Notes: generated by a model from the letters alone, not told the origin. Counted from the first letter of the whole stretch, positions 1 through 12,598 are shown. The stretch is 63,943 nucleotides of DNA, filler included, from Circinaria calcarea (GCA_051942165.1; 46 parts of 46 records of this genome joined end to end with filler, not necessarily neighbours in it), one strand, 5' to 3'. Translations and numbers: made by a program.

Positions 1-1302
1 CATGGCATCCCCCTCATCACCCAATTCGATTTCCTTTCACAAGCCCGCAAGCTCTTTGAAATGTAAAGACCGTACTGGAAAAAGGAAAGAAGAAGCCCAT
101 GCTAGTGTAGTAAGGCGCAGGAAGTATGAACATCGTGTATCACAGCCCTCGACCGCACTCCCGCTTGCTCGTCTTCATGATGAAGCCCTTGCCTTTATGG
201 TAAGGCCAGTATGCCTGTGTTATAGGCCTCGGACGGGTGGGTTCGGGGCATGAATGAGCACTGGGTCTAGCTAAACTGCTTTGATATGGGCAGGTCGTGC
301 CAGTAAGGTGCGGGATCTCTAGTAACAGTAGAAACCGATTACTGGTAGAGGACTAGGTATCTCAGTTCCCAACCCGTGCTCCTCTCATCCCCCAGATGCA
401 TCGGCCGTTTCTCCACAAAAAAACTTGGGGGGACGTCCGGTTTTCTTTGAGGTAATTACCCAATAATGAAACCAAAGTTTTCAATTATATGCATAGTGGA
501 ACTTTATAACCTTGATTATTTTGCGATTTGGACTCGAATTCCGATCTCGCGATTGATTTAATACTTTCTCATGCGTATTACGGCCCAAGATTAACCTATA
601 CAATTTTGGTGGGCATTTGCATACAAAATATACAGCGTATTATTAGTTACGAAATACATGCCAAGGCTTAATTCAGAGGTTATACTTCACTACCATACCA
701 TACCGGGTAAAATTACTTTAAAAAACCCCCCGGACGACTTCCCCCTGTTTTGATTCCTCTAAAGAGAGTCGTTTTGACCATCTCTCTCCAACTTTCCTAT
801 TCCTCCAAAACCCCCTTCGATAAAAGGAAGGGTATTTGATGGAGAAAGGTTAAGACACTTCTACAGTTTTCGGTTTGTTTATTTATTTATTTTTTTGGTC
901 CGAAAATTCCCCGCGGCTTGCGCTGCAAGAGGCAGGTCCGGGAAAGTTTCCGACCAGCAAATACACGAGCTCGGACGGAAGTCCTCACGGTTGCGTGTAA
1001 AGGCCTTACTACTTGGATGTGGGAAGGAAAGCCGAAAGTTGGGGGAATTTTTAGATTTTCGCTCGGGGGAAGCGAGAGCCGGGTATGGTATGGTAAGTTT
1101 CAGGAGACGAATGCGTTGAGCTATGGGGCTGGGATTTTGTGATTTACTGGGTTATGGGCTGATCGGGGCGGGATCACATATACGGCGGCCTGGGCATCAG
1201 CACCTTCTGCTGTCTACTATGTTCGTATTCTCAGGCCGGCATACTACATGCCTCCTTTAATGATCTTCGTTATGTCCTTCGATGCTGGCTTACTTCCATT
1301 CC

Positions 1303-1402
1303 NNNNNNNNNNNNNNNNNNNNNNNNNNNNNNNNNNNNNNNNNNNNTTAATTAATTAANNNNNNNNNNNNNNNNNNNNNNNNNNNNNNNNNNNNNNNNNN
1401 NN
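1303..1402. other. Artificial contig linker N44-TTAATTAATTAA-N44 (first of 45, roughly every 1.4 kb)
   Basis: Identical 100-bp spacer recurs throughout; the 12-mer gives stops in all six frames; flanking contigs shrink steadily from 1302 to 1283 bp. Confidence 0.99.
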
Positions 1403-2142
1403 CCTTCGCCCACCCCTGTGAAGACCCCCCAAAAAAAGGCCAAAAATCCTTCCCCTCCTCTATTCACAACTCCCTCCCTTCCACACAGCGTTTAAATAAA
1501 AAAAAATAAAAAAAGCGGCAGGAGTTCCAGAAACCCTACCCTAAATTTGCTGCAGCTTGAGGGTCTTTATTTTTTTGGAGAAGGGAAAAAGGGAAAAGGG
1601 AGGGATGGGTCAGAGGAGTCATCTGGTGTTGTTTCAAACTACGGAGGCAGGAGGCAGGAGGCAGGACATTTGGAGAGTGAGAGTGAGAGTGGGGGCTCGA
1701 GCTTTGGGTTCTTGGATCTAAGGAGTAGAAGTAGAAGTAGGAGGAGGATTTAAATGTCAGCGACACACTTTTCTTCTAGAAGTATGGGGTTTTGAGGGGG
1801 AGGAGTTGGGAGTGTGCGTGGGGGGAAATTTTTTTGTTTCAAGGGTTTCAAGTCTACGGATTATTTTGTCGGTGACTGTTGAGAGAGGGGGAGAAAGAAG
1901 GAAAGCAAAAGGAAAAGAGAGAGGCAAAGACGATTACAGCCTACAAGTGAGGCGACCTTGGGATTGCACGAAAAGGGGCCGTGAAATTGAAATGTTGTAG
2001 CTTTTCAATCACAAGATATCTAATGTACCCTCCCTTTCCGAAATGCCAACAAAACACAACAAAACACACCAAAAACCCCCCACCAGAAATGCCAGCATCG
2101 ACCCCCATTAGTTATCATCAGTTGTCATGAGAAAACCCAACA

Positions 2143-2682
2143 TCACCGATAATATCCACCACCCCCGTAAGAAGTATCCGGTGGTGGATCTGGTCCTCCA
2201 TATCCATACTGCCCCGGTGGTGGCGGTGGTGGCGCATTGGGGTCATAGCCGTACGGTGGTCCTGGAGGATAGCCTTGCGGGGGATATGGTTCTCCGGCAG
2301 GCGGCGGTTGTTGATATTCTTGCCCATAACCTTGCTGGTATTGAGCTGTAGGTGCACCGTATGGATCAAAAGCCTGCGGTGGATGGGAACTAGCTTGGTA
2401 CGGTGGTTGAGAATAAGGATCTTGCGGCTGCCCAATCTGTGGGTATTGCTGTTGTGGATACTGATATTCATCGGCTGGGCCAGTCGGCGGACGTGTAGAA
2501 TCATAGCCTGTCCCGGTTCCTGGAAACGCGGCTCCTATGTTGTCTGCTGCGTCCCCCAAATCAATGGTATCTCGAGTACGACCGGTCGAAGTAAGACCGG
2601 TCGACTGACTTAGCTTCATCAACTTATCCCACGGTGCACCGCTGACTTTGCTGTGGCTACCCGAACCAAAGATATTTCCCAT
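2143..2682 (-). CDS. Hypothetical Pro/Gln/Tyr/Gly-rich protein (possibly only the C-terminal part)
   Basis: 179-aa ORF with coding-like PPQGYPPGPPYGY/QYQQGYGQ low-complexity tail; no family recognised. Confidence 0.5.
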   Translation of the reverse strand: MGNIFGSGSHSKVSGAPWDKLMKLSQSTGLTSTGRTRDTIDLGDAADNIGAAFPGTGTGYDSTRPPTGPADEYQYPQQQYPQIGQPQDPYSQPPYQASSHPPQAFDPYGAPTAQYQQGYGQEYQQPPPAGEPYPPQGYPPGPPYGYDPNAPPPPPPGQYGYGGPDPPPDTSYGGGGYYR

Positions 2683-2804
2683 GGGTGGGAGACTTCCATG
2701 ATTANNNNNNNNNNNNNNNNNNNNNNNNNNNNNNNNNNNNNNNNNNNNTTAATTAATTAANNNNNNNNNNNNNNNNNNNNNNNNNNNNNNNNNNNNNNNN
2801 NNNN

Positions 2805-3208
2805 ATATATATTATTTTATAAACGTTAATTAATTATTATTTATTATTATTATAACTAAATATTAACGAATAAGAAATTCTTAATATAAATAACGTATTA
2901 CCGAAAAGAAATAAAAATAAAAAAATTCGAAAATTTTAAAAATAACGTATTTTTTTTATTATTTATTTATAAATTATTTATTATATATAAACTTTCTGCG
3001 AAAGCTTTTTAATTTAATATTAATATTTTTTATATTTTTTATAAATTTATCCGTTTTTTTATTATTATTAAAAATACGAATTAAAAAATATTATTAAAAT
3101 AATTTAATTAATAATTATTAAATCAACGTAATAAATATATTAGAAAAAATTTCGTATAAAAAAAAAATTTTTAATATAAATAATATTAAATTTATATTTA
3201 TATATAGA
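2805..3208. repeat. RIP-degraded AT-rich repeat relic
   Basis: Extremely AT-rich, TpA-rich, residual C/G mostly in CpG; abrupt switch to normal GC near 3209. Confidence 0.75.
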
Positions 3209-3673
3209 TACCCCGAGCTTAAGGCAACACGTGACGGCAAGCTGACTAAGGCGTCGCTGCTTTGCTCCCGCGCTAGCGACTATTCCGACCACCTGCTCGC
3301 CCGTTGCTCCCTCGCGCTCTCCCCTCCGCTCTCTCTGCTCCCTCATGCTCTCTCCTTGCTCGCCCTCAGCCCCTCGCTGCTCCCTCGTTGGCTAGTTGCC
3401 GTCGTAATCCTCCGGTAACTTTAGACGACAGGCTGACAGGGAGCCATTACCGGCTCCATGTTGCAAAGGGGAGCCATATATGGCTCCTTGACCCCCCCCA
3501 CCCCGTCATGTTGTGCCTGCGACCCATCTCTCTCATCCACTTGAGCCGCCCAGCTCAACTTGGAGTCCTTTCGTTCTTGTTCGTCTCGTCCTTTATTCAT
3601 ATCACTGCATCAAGTGTCTTGCCCAATCACTGCTCCTTGTCAATCGTTCAAGTCTAGTCCTTCTCAATTCACT

Positions 3674-4104
3674 ATGAGGAAAAAACGAACCGCGGCACAA
3701 TTCTTCGACGACGCGGTGACAAACGGTCATGAACCCCTGGCTGTAACTGATCTTAATGGTGACAAAGTTTCTAAGGGGATCGAGGATGGTACTCAGGTAA
3801 ACTACAAACGAATGTTGGACCTTTGGGACGAGTAAGCTCTCTTCGTTTTTACGTTCTCGCACCTTATTTTGGTCCTGCGCAGGCTCGCTGACCGAGTGAT
3901 GGAATAGATACGAGAAGCGAAACCCTGGTGCCTGTCCTTGCGATACGAAAACTGCTAAGCATTTTATTGAGGGTGTTGTCCGCGGCTGTTCTGCTGGCAA
4001 GAAAAGTCCGTCTTTAAACACGATGCTTCAGAAGTGGACAGATTTCGGAGCTGGTTGGAAACGACGGCCCGGCAATATGAAGATTTTATCCGAAACTTCA
4101 GAAT
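3674..4104 (+). CDS. N-terminus of probable DUF3435 tyrosine recombinase (Starship captain-like), truncated at contig end
   Basis: Exon 3674-3831, intron 3832-3907 (GTAAGC..GCTGAC..TAG), exon 3908-4104; spliced MRKKRTAAQFFDDAVTNG...NYKRMLDLWDEYEKRNPGACPCDTKTAKHFIEGVVRG...PSLNTMLQKWTDFGAGWKRR resembles my recollection of fungal DUF3435 N-termini; catalytic region not present. Confidence 0.55.
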
Positions 4105-4789
4105 NNNNNNNNNNNNNNNNNNNNNNNNNNNNNNNNNNNNNNNNNNNNTTAATTAATTAANNNNNNNNNNNNNNNNNNNNNNNNNNNNNNNNNNNNNNNN
4201 NNNNTGAGGAGTTTGAGGGTGGGGCGGGGAGTCTGGGAGATAGGTGATTGAGAAGGGAGATGTACATTGTACTCTGAGGAATCAATCCTCCAGTTCCGAC
4301 CACTTTCATCTGAAAGAATAACCCGTGTGAATTCACAATTCCGAAACCCCTATCTTGGAGCCCTACAAGAGTAATCCTGGGTTCTGTAAAGTACCCTCCA
4401 CTTCATGCCAAAAGGGCCTCGTATCAGCATCAGCATCAGCATCAGCTAGGTAGTGCAGTCCAGCTATCGCTACCGTATAACAGCTTTAGACTTTAGGCTT
4501 TAGCCATTATGATCATGACTAGAATGGTCCACACTCCCCGCTAGCTTACCCTTTTTTCAACCTTCCATACAACGAAGCAACGAAGCAACGCAGGGAAGGA
4601 GAATAACGGAGGAAGGTTTAGAGAAATTTCAAATGCCCGAGGCTTTTTCAAGGGGGGCCCTGGTTTATGGTTTATGGGTTTAGGGGTTTACGGATAATTG
4701 GGTTTTCAAACCCGGCGAACGTGTTGAAATTATCCAGCGCCCCCCCGGGGTCCTGGGCCTTGCGTATTTTGCTCGAATTGGTATGTTTC

Positions 4790-4885
4790 CAGTACTATAG
4801 CCTTCGCTTTATTCACCCTTTTGCGGAGATCGCCAGAGAGAAAAAAAAAAAAAATAAGAGACCGCCGAAAAGAGCGCCTACTGGA
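4790..4885. mobile_element. Fragment of TIR of the CAGT-ended MITE family (cf. 45127-45584)
   Basis: TTGCGGAGATCGCC-polyA-...GAGCGCC matches the right TIR at about 45520-45565 and 27189-27412. Confidence 0.5.
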
Positions 4886-5109
4886 AGTATTGTTGATACC
4901 AAATTCCGTAACGCCAAAGCCAAAGCTAAAAAAAAAAAAATGTCACCGCTTGTAGGGGTACCATATGGTATTATGTAGCACACGACTATTTCTGCAGGTG
5001 TAGAGATCTTATCATCCCGTAACCGTTATTCTCTACATAAAGGGCATTGTTACACCGTGCAATAGAAATACCAACCCCTGATGTAATTTCCAGCCCCGAG
5101 CCGGCTATC

Positions 5110-5157
5110 TTATACTCTATACTCTATACTCTATACTCTATACTCTATACTCTATAC
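5110..5157 (+). repeat. (CTATA)n microsatellite
   Basis: Direct tandem pentamer repeat. Confidence 0.9.
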
Positions 5158-5604
5158 GCGATTCAGGTGTATAGTAAAAGCTATAAGAGCTGGAGCATAT
5201 GAATGTTCTTTTTTTTTTTTTCCAGGCCTCATAGCCGTGTGTCACCTTATAATAAGCGTTTGAGCGAGAGAGTTGAGACGACACCGTGCGGATTGTTATA
5301 AATATAAACAGCGAATCAAGCAGAGTGTAGGAGAATCACAACACACCCGCCGGCTGGGCGGTGAGAAAGCTTTCGTAGGGATTCAGCATATCATAGCTAC
5401 TCGGTGCGTGATTTGTTTACTGATTTTCTACTGCCAAAAATTTGAGTGGAATGATTTCTATTTTCCAGCCGGGAACCCCTCGTCTAATACTACAAAAATA
5501 GCGTNNNNNNNNNNNNNNNNNNNNNNNNNNNNNNNNNNNNNNNNNNNNTTAATTAATTAANNNNNNNNNNNNNNNNNNNNNNNNNNNNNNNNNNNNNNNN
5601 NNNN

Positions 5605-6575
5605 TATCGGCGAGCAAAGTGCCGGTCAAAAGAATATATTGCACCAAGGATATCGTCCAAATCCGACCTGGCCTCGGATATATTACCAAAGAATGGCCGA
5701 GGTTGTGGAGTTACCACGATTGACGACATTCGGCGCAAAACATAAGAAGAGGCTTGCAGATCGAATCGAGTAAAGATACGCCAGAGAGCCTTGTCGGTGG
5801 TGCTTCCTGCGGGACCAATAGTGCATACAGCCCCTCGACCTCCGCGTCCAAGTGATTGTTGCAAGATATTCACACCGTTTTCAAAATGGACTAGAGCGGC
5901 CCGCTCCTCCCCTCGGATGACTTCGAAACAAATGAAGAGAACGCAAGTAAACAGCACGACGCGTTGCTGGTTACCGCCATCATCAGTCCGAGTATTGTTT
6001 AGAGATTTGATGGCCTTGTTATACTGTTGCAAGGCAAAAGTGTATGCTGGCTCACAGTAGTGGTCGACCTGGCTGAAAACATCTTTACGGTAATAAAGCT
6101 TGTGTAGGGAGCCGAGGGCAACCAAGGCATGCTTCACGGCCGGTTCAGTCAGAGCAACGGCAAATACAGCGCTGTCCCAAAAGCCAGAGGCAAAGTTGCC
6201 TGCGAATTTAGGGCTAGATTCATGACGGAGGAAATCAAAAATCTGAGACTCTTGGGAGTTCTCCGAGAACCTCGTACAGAGTGAAGTTGGGATAGGATTA
6301 CCCTCAATGCGGATGGGGAGCCTCTTGGAAACTAGAGCTCTTTCTCCCTGGGGAGCGTAGCCGTCGCACTTCCTGCCTGTGCTTGAGCACTTTGTGCATT
6401 CCGGCTTTTCTTCTCCGCACTTGACGCGCCGAATCTGATACTGTATTAGCCGCATAGATAGAAAACCACTAACGAATGTTGGGATATTCTATACTTTACA
6501 AGTAATACAACCCGTCTTGAGCTTGGGCTTGCTCGCGCGCTTGAGTTTGACAAGCTGCAGATTCGCATCCTCCAT
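5605..6575 (-). CDS. Zn(II)2Cys6 transcription factor with fungal-specific TF domain, 3' truncated
   Basis: Exon 6575-6495, intron 6494-6435 (GTATAG..CAG), exon 6434-5605; KTGCITCKIRRVKCGEEKPECTKCSSTGRKCDGY and EPAVKHALVALGSLH..ALQQYNKAI motifs. Confidence 0.93.
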
Positions 6576-7004
6576 CTTGACCGATGGTCGTGGGGAGGCA
6601 ACGTCATAGACTGACAGTAATGATGGGGAGGCATGATTGAGATATACGAACAAGCAAATCCGGGCTACAGTGCACACGCGGCTTACGTGGAAGTAGGGCA
6701 CAGTTTACCCCTTTTGACGTATCTCCTTGGGCGAAAGAGCGTGGCGCTCTTAGTTTTTGTTATATATACAAGGGCCCTCATTGGTCGGATCGTATTCTCA
6801 ACCTTGATTTCTCGACCGCGTCGCATTACTCTCTTCCTCCTCCCAACCGCAGTATCAAAATCGCCCTGTATCTCAATATCTTTAATGTTTGCATAGAAGC
6901 TGATNNNNNNNNNNNNNNNNNNNNNNNNNNNNNNNNNNNNNNNNNNNNTTAATTAATTAANNNNNNNNNNNNNNNNNNNNNNNNNNNNNNNNNNNNNNNN
7001 NNNN

Positions 7005-8303
7005 CCTCCACCCCACTCTCCATTGCCACCCCCACCGCCCGCCAAGCCTGCACATCCGCCCTCGCCCACGCCTGCCTCCACCACGGCTTCTTCTACCTCA
7101 CCCACCACGGCATCCCACCCGCTCTCACCGCGCAGGTCCTCGCCCTCGCGCGCGAATTCTTCACCCAATGTTCCCGGGAGGAGAAGTTGCAAATCCGCCG
7201 CCGGGATCCGGCCGAGGCATGGGGCGACGGCGCGAGGGGATATCAGGTCGTGGGCGATAACGTCACGCAGGGACGGCGGGACTGGCACGAGGCGGTGGAT
7301 TGGTATCGGCCCATTGTGGACGGGGAAGGGATCGTGGGAGGAAACGAGCGGGCGGAGGCTGTGAACGGCAAGGGTAGCTTGGTGAATGGGAATGGGAATG
7401 GGAATGGGAATGGGAATGGAAACGGCAAACCGGGAGACGAAAACACCACCACCACCACCACCACCACGCGACACCCACCCTTCGCCCTGCTCCGCGGCAT
7501 CAATTTCTGGCCCGCTCGTCCCGCCGGATTCCGCGCCGTCTACGAGATCTACATTGCACGCATGCTGGAGCTCGGCACGGCGGTCGTGCGGGCCATGGGG
7601 GAAGCGCTGGGCCTGGAGGGTTCGGAGCGCGACGTGTTTGTGCGGAGCACGCGGGAGAGCTTTTGGGTGTTGAGGGCGATTGGGTATCCGCCTTTGCCTG
7701 CGCGTTCTCGTCCCAGCGCCAGTGCTAGCGAGGGGGGGAAGGGGAAGACGAAACAGCGGGGGGAGGAAGAGGAAGAAGAGCTCGAGGACGGGGCGATTTC
7801 CTGCGGCGCCCACACCGACTACGGCTGCCTGACACTCCTGCTCGCCGACGAGACCAAGGGCGCCCTGCAGGTGCTTTCTCGCTCCTCCCCCTCTTCTCCC
7901 TCGTCCCCCACCGCCGACAACGAACCGCAAGAACGCTGGATCCCGGCCGACCCTCTCCCCGGAGCCTTGGTCGTCAACATCGGCGACATGATGGAGCGCT
8001 GGACGGGCGGCCGCTGGAAGAGCACGCGGCACCGCGTCGTCCACCGCGGGCAGGGCTATCGCGTCAGCGTCCCCTTTTTCTTCGAGCCCGATTTCGGCGC
8101 CAGGGTCGGGGCCTTGACGGGTTTGAAGGGGAAGGGGAAAGGGTCGGATCCCCGAGTGGGGAAGCGGGGAGAGGGAGAGGGAGAGGGAGAGGGTTTGGAA
8201 AGGCGGGATGGTAGTGGTGGGATGGCGGACGAATCGGGAGAAGTGGTGTATGGGGAGCATTTGATCGCAAAGGTTCGGGGGAATTTTGGTGGGGATGGGG
8301 GAG
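7005..8303 (+). CDS. 2-oxoglutarate/Fe(II)-dependent dioxygenase (isopenicillin N synthase-like family), partial
   Basis: Frame is open from the contig start (ACLHHGFFYLTHHGIP); HTDYGCLTLL, VVNIGDMMERWT, HRV and RVSVPFFFEP motifs. Confidence 0.92.
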
Positions 8304-8403
8304 NNNNNNNNNNNNNNNNNNNNNNNNNNNNNNNNNNNNNNNNNNNNTTAATTAATTAANNNNNNNNNNNNNNNNNNNNNNNNNNNNNNNNNNNNNNNNN
8401 NNN

Positions 8404-8717
8404 ACCCGGAGCTCGACAAGGAGCCATGGACTCAGCGCATCACGATTGATTTCGAAGGGAAGCCATCCCTGACAAGGTCGGTCAAGGCGCCGAAAGGAGT
8501 TGATCCGGCCATGTCCAATCAGGATATTTTGGACAAGTGGAGGACGATGACAGAGGGGATCATTGATCCTCTGAGACGAGATCGAATTGAGGAAATAGTG
8601 TTGGATCTTGAGCATTTAGGTGATATCGGCCAGCTCACAGCTCTGTTGGCCAGGATCACTAGCTGTCCGATTCGGGAAAGTGAAGGAATCAACGGAAAGA
8701 GTGCGTGTAAATTATAA
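8404..8717 (+). CDS. C-terminus of MmgE/PrpD family protein (cis-aconitate decarboxylase-like)
   Basis: TQRITIDFEG..VKAPKGVDPAMSNQDILDKWRTMTEGIIDPLRRDRIEEIVLDLE matches the PrpD/CAD C-terminal pattern. Confidence 0.65.
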
Positions 8718-9802
8718 ATGGCCGTTATATAACACGACTCGAATTGTTTCCCTCTGGCCGAAGTGGCGGCATCATACTGGTGCCAAATGTCCTGAAACGA
8801 AGGAACGAAGTGGAAAGGGTTTACTTCGGCATCCGCAGTCACACAGCGATAATATTAGGATTGTAAACACTCATTTACAAGTCTTTCCAGTGTATAGTTA
8901 AATGGTTAAATGCAGTACCGATAGTATATATTTGCAAGCTAAGCAGCTGGGGATGGTTAAGGGCCACCAAATTTCTCCTAGGTTAAACGCGGAGCCTGTA
9001 GAGTAATGTCAATAAATCATTGACATAACATGCGGTACACTGTGAGCCGAACTGCATCCACTCAAGACTGATATATCCTGTATTGAGTTTGCGGCAGCCG
9101 TGGAATGAGAGGTGCGTATTATCCCCATAAAAGAAAAGGAAATTCGTATGTGGTGTCGGCGGACCAATACAACCCAGTCAGAACGATCTTGTTGTGGAAT
9201 GCTGTAATTGACCACCGGCCAGGCGAGTTTAGTAGGATTATTAGAGGTATCTACGAGGCGGATCCAAGGCGGGGGCCAGGAAGAAATGGGAACTCGTACA
9301 AAAGAAAGGCGATTCCGCGTCGGGAAGGGCCAGAGAATAAAAAAGCGAATGACGTCGCCACTTTTGTTTTCCCACTATAGTAAACCTTATTCGGACGAAC
9401 GGGACTCGGACGCGGTGGACCCGGACGCATTGAGTCTGTGGTCGTATGTAAAGGAAGATCCCTCGATTTAAATATATAATCAAATAACGACGCTGTATAA
9501 GATGTGGAGAAGTAACGGACGGGAAGACTATTAAAGAACCCTATACCACTTCCAAGCTGTATACTCCCGAGAAGGGTTGCCTTGATATTCATATGTGATA
9601 CTCTAAATACTGACTGGGGCTGGAAATACCGAGACCAGTCATTCGCTGTGATTTATGAGTCAGTGCCGCCAGCACGTGCTTTTTACGGAGTATATTTTCC
9701 AANNNNNNNNNNNNNNNNNNNNNNNNNNNNNNNNNNNNNNNNNNNNTTAATTAATTAANNNNNNNNNNNNNNNNNNNNNNNNNNNNNNNNNNNNNNNNNN
9801 NN

Positions 9803-10262
9803 TTCCATCCCGACTCCCTCTGCTGTTTACCTCCTAGCAGCATTATCAGAAAAGCAATCAATGTCATGCCTTCCATCACGACGGCAAAGGACATGAGAAA
9901 CCCCACGGATCGCCAGATGGAGCAGAAGTAACGGTTTTCGCGATGGCATTCTTCATTTTGCGGAAAGTGTACGCATGAGTGCGTCAGAGAGGAGCAGCGC
10001 CGATGGAGGCCGTAGGTGTAATGAATGTGAGATCCGCTGGCCTGTCGGTAGGAAGGAAGTCAGCTAGTTTCAAGGTCGGCAGGATGAAGGCGGGGAGGTA
10101 CTGTCTCACTGTCCCAACTGATCCAGCGGGGAATTATTATGCTCGTCAGGGTCATGGCGGTAGCTGCCGACAGTCAGTAGCTGTAGGCTGGTTAGACCCG
10201 ATGTGAAAGCTACCAGCCAGGAATGGCACCAGAAGAGCGGCATAGATGAGTCGTCGAGACAT
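9803..10262 (-). CDS. Conserved fungal claudin/SUR7-like membrane protein, 3' truncated (not in ORF track; two introns)
   Basis: Spliced MSRRLIYAALLVPFLAATAMTLTSIIIPRWISWDSETASGSHIHYTYGLHRRCSSLTHSCVHFPQNEECHRENRYFCSIWRSVGFLMSFAVVMEGMTLIAFLIMLLGGKQQRESGW; W..GL..C..C claudin-like signature; GT-AG introns with branch sites. Confidence 0.7.
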
Positions 10263-11201
10263 GGTCGATGCCTCGTGATGAGATGTCGAGTACGGTAACG
10301 CGGTTAGCCTTCAATTGCAGAACTTGAAAGCGAAAAGACCGAGTCCGCTCGAGTACATAGGATCCGGAGAATAGGCAGAGGACGCTTCGTGGGCCGAAGG
10401 GGATGGCTTCGACAACGGTATCAAGTAGCTTCGTTTTAGCGCTGGATGCGGTGAGGGCCGGTGATCACAAGGCCCGGGGTGCCTGATCGGCTTATGGTAT
10501 CCGATCCGAGTCAGGACTGTCTCAGAGTTCCAGCATCACGCTGCACCGTTCAAAGTGTGTGATGAGGGAAAGGTCCAGTGCGAGATGGGAATCAGTGTTC
10601 CCTGTCACTGGCCGGCGGGCGACATGCCAAGCTTCGAGACTGCTATTGACAGATGGCGAGCCTTGCCAGCGATGGTGGTTGGCGTCGCTTGCCGGCGTGC
10701 AGCGCTTAGCGCGACGCTACTCCGGATTCTTCATCTATCTTGCAGTGGAGCTGCACGCTACCGGTACATGCGAGATAAGGCCAGTGTGGAGGTGGACCGA
10801 GGGATCCTTTGGGATAGTTCCAGTCGGGTGGACTCTTCTGAGGTCACTACTACGGAGTAGCTGGTACGTGACGAAAGGCAATCAGTGGATGAGTGTGATC
10901 AGTTCCCCTATTCTAACCGACAACTATCCTGCGAGCTTCCTTTCCCGTTATCGTACTTTCCGCGTCTACTTTCAAACTTCCTCCTCCTCTTCAATCGAAT
11001 CAAAATCAGTGTTCAAAAGCCGTAGCTGATTCTGGAAACTGCGAGCAATAATGTTTTAACGCTAGCTAATGAACGCCCCCCCCACCCCCACCAAAAAAAA
11101 CNNNNNNNNNNNNNNNNNNNNNNNNNNNNNNNNNNNNNNNNNNNNTTAATTAATTAANNNNNNNNNNNNNNNNNNNNNNNNNNNNNNNNNNNNNNNNNNN
11201 N

Positions 11202-12413
11202 AGGAATTCAGTCTATGCTTTGACTTTTATACTCTCTGTCATTTTGTCCGTCCCGACAGTACTGGTAGTAACCTTTCGTGGTCTTCTCGCCCTTCGATTC
11301 CTTCAGGGGTTCTTTGGAAGTCCATGTCTAGCTAATGGCGGCGCCTCGATGCAAGATTTATACACAGTAATGAACCAACCCCACGCAATGACTGCTTGGG
11401 TAGCGGCATGTTTTGGCGGGCCTGCCCTTGGCCCACTGCTCTCGGGTTTCGTAGTTACCGCCAAAGGTTGGCGTTGGTCTTTGTGGGAGATTCTTTGGGT
11501 ATGTAGAATCTACTCAACTCATCGTCTTGCCTTTAGATACCTGACCGTACCTAGCTTGCCGGCCCAATCTGTATTCTCATTCTGCTTTTCATGGCCGAAA
11601 CTTCTGCTCTTACGATCCTTCGCCGTGCCGCTCGCCTCCGCACGGTCACCGATTCTCCTCGCTTCAACTCCTACAGTGAGATCACCCAGAGCCATCTGAC
11701 TCCCTACGCCATCGCCATCGACGCGCTCATCAAGCCTATTGAGATCTCGATCAAGGACCCGGCCGTCACCTTTACAAACTTCTACACCAGCTTTCATTTA
11801 CGCCATCTACTACTCCTTCTTCGAGGCTTTCCTTCTCGTCTATTCTCCTCTCTACGGCTTCCGGCTTGGCCAACTTGGCTTGATCTTTGTCTGCATCATC
11901 GTTGCCTGCGCCATCGGTGCTGCAAGCTATGTTGCCAACATTTACTTTCGGCTGAACCCCAAATTGAGAGTCGACAGAACCCTGGAACTGGCTTATGAAT
12001 ATCGCCTCCGACCGGCTCTCTTCGCCGTCTTTTGCCTCCCGATTGGCCTTTTCATCTTCGGCTGGACCGCAACTCCTAAAATCCATTGGATTGTTTCGGT
12101 CATCGGCATCGTCGTCTTCTCCGTCGGGACCTTTATCCTCTTGCAATGCTTATCCATTTACATTCCCCGCTCGTACCCTGAATACGCGGCATCACTCTTT
12201 GCGGCCAACGACTTTTGCCGGTCGACGTTGGCGATCGGCGTGATTCATTTCGCCAGACCGCTGTATCAAAGCCTCGGCATCGGCAAGGGCGTTAGCGTTT
12301 TGGCAGGTATTAGCATCCTAGGCGTTCCCGGCATGTTTGTGCTTTACTTCTTCGGAGCGAAGATGTGACTGAGATCTCAGTTTGCGGTTTTGACGGGGGT
12401 GAAAAGGGGCTAA
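11202..12413 (+). pseudogene. MFS drug:H+ antiporter (DHA1 family) with a frameshift and a premature stop
   Basis: LRFLQGFFGSPCLANGGAS, GPALGPLLSGF, WRWSLWE, YPEYAASLFAANDFCRS motifs; intron 11499-11554; extra T near 11792-11794; TGA at 12366-12368 inside GAKM*LRSQFA. Confidence 0.75.
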
Positions 12414-12598
12414 GCCGGCATGGTGATTGAAGATGAAAAGCATTGGAGAAATTGGGTAACGATTTGTTTAGTTTTGTTTGGAAGGGTTTACTCACGGCNN
12501 NNNNNNNNNNNNNNNNNNNNNNNNNNNNNNNNNNNNNNNNNNTTAATTAATTAANNNNNNNNNNNNNNNNNNNNNNNNNNNNNNNNNNNNNNNNNNNN

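Noticed and set aside
6953..8260. 435-aa minus-strand ORF
   Set aside because: Antisense shadow of the GC-rich 2OG oxygenase frame
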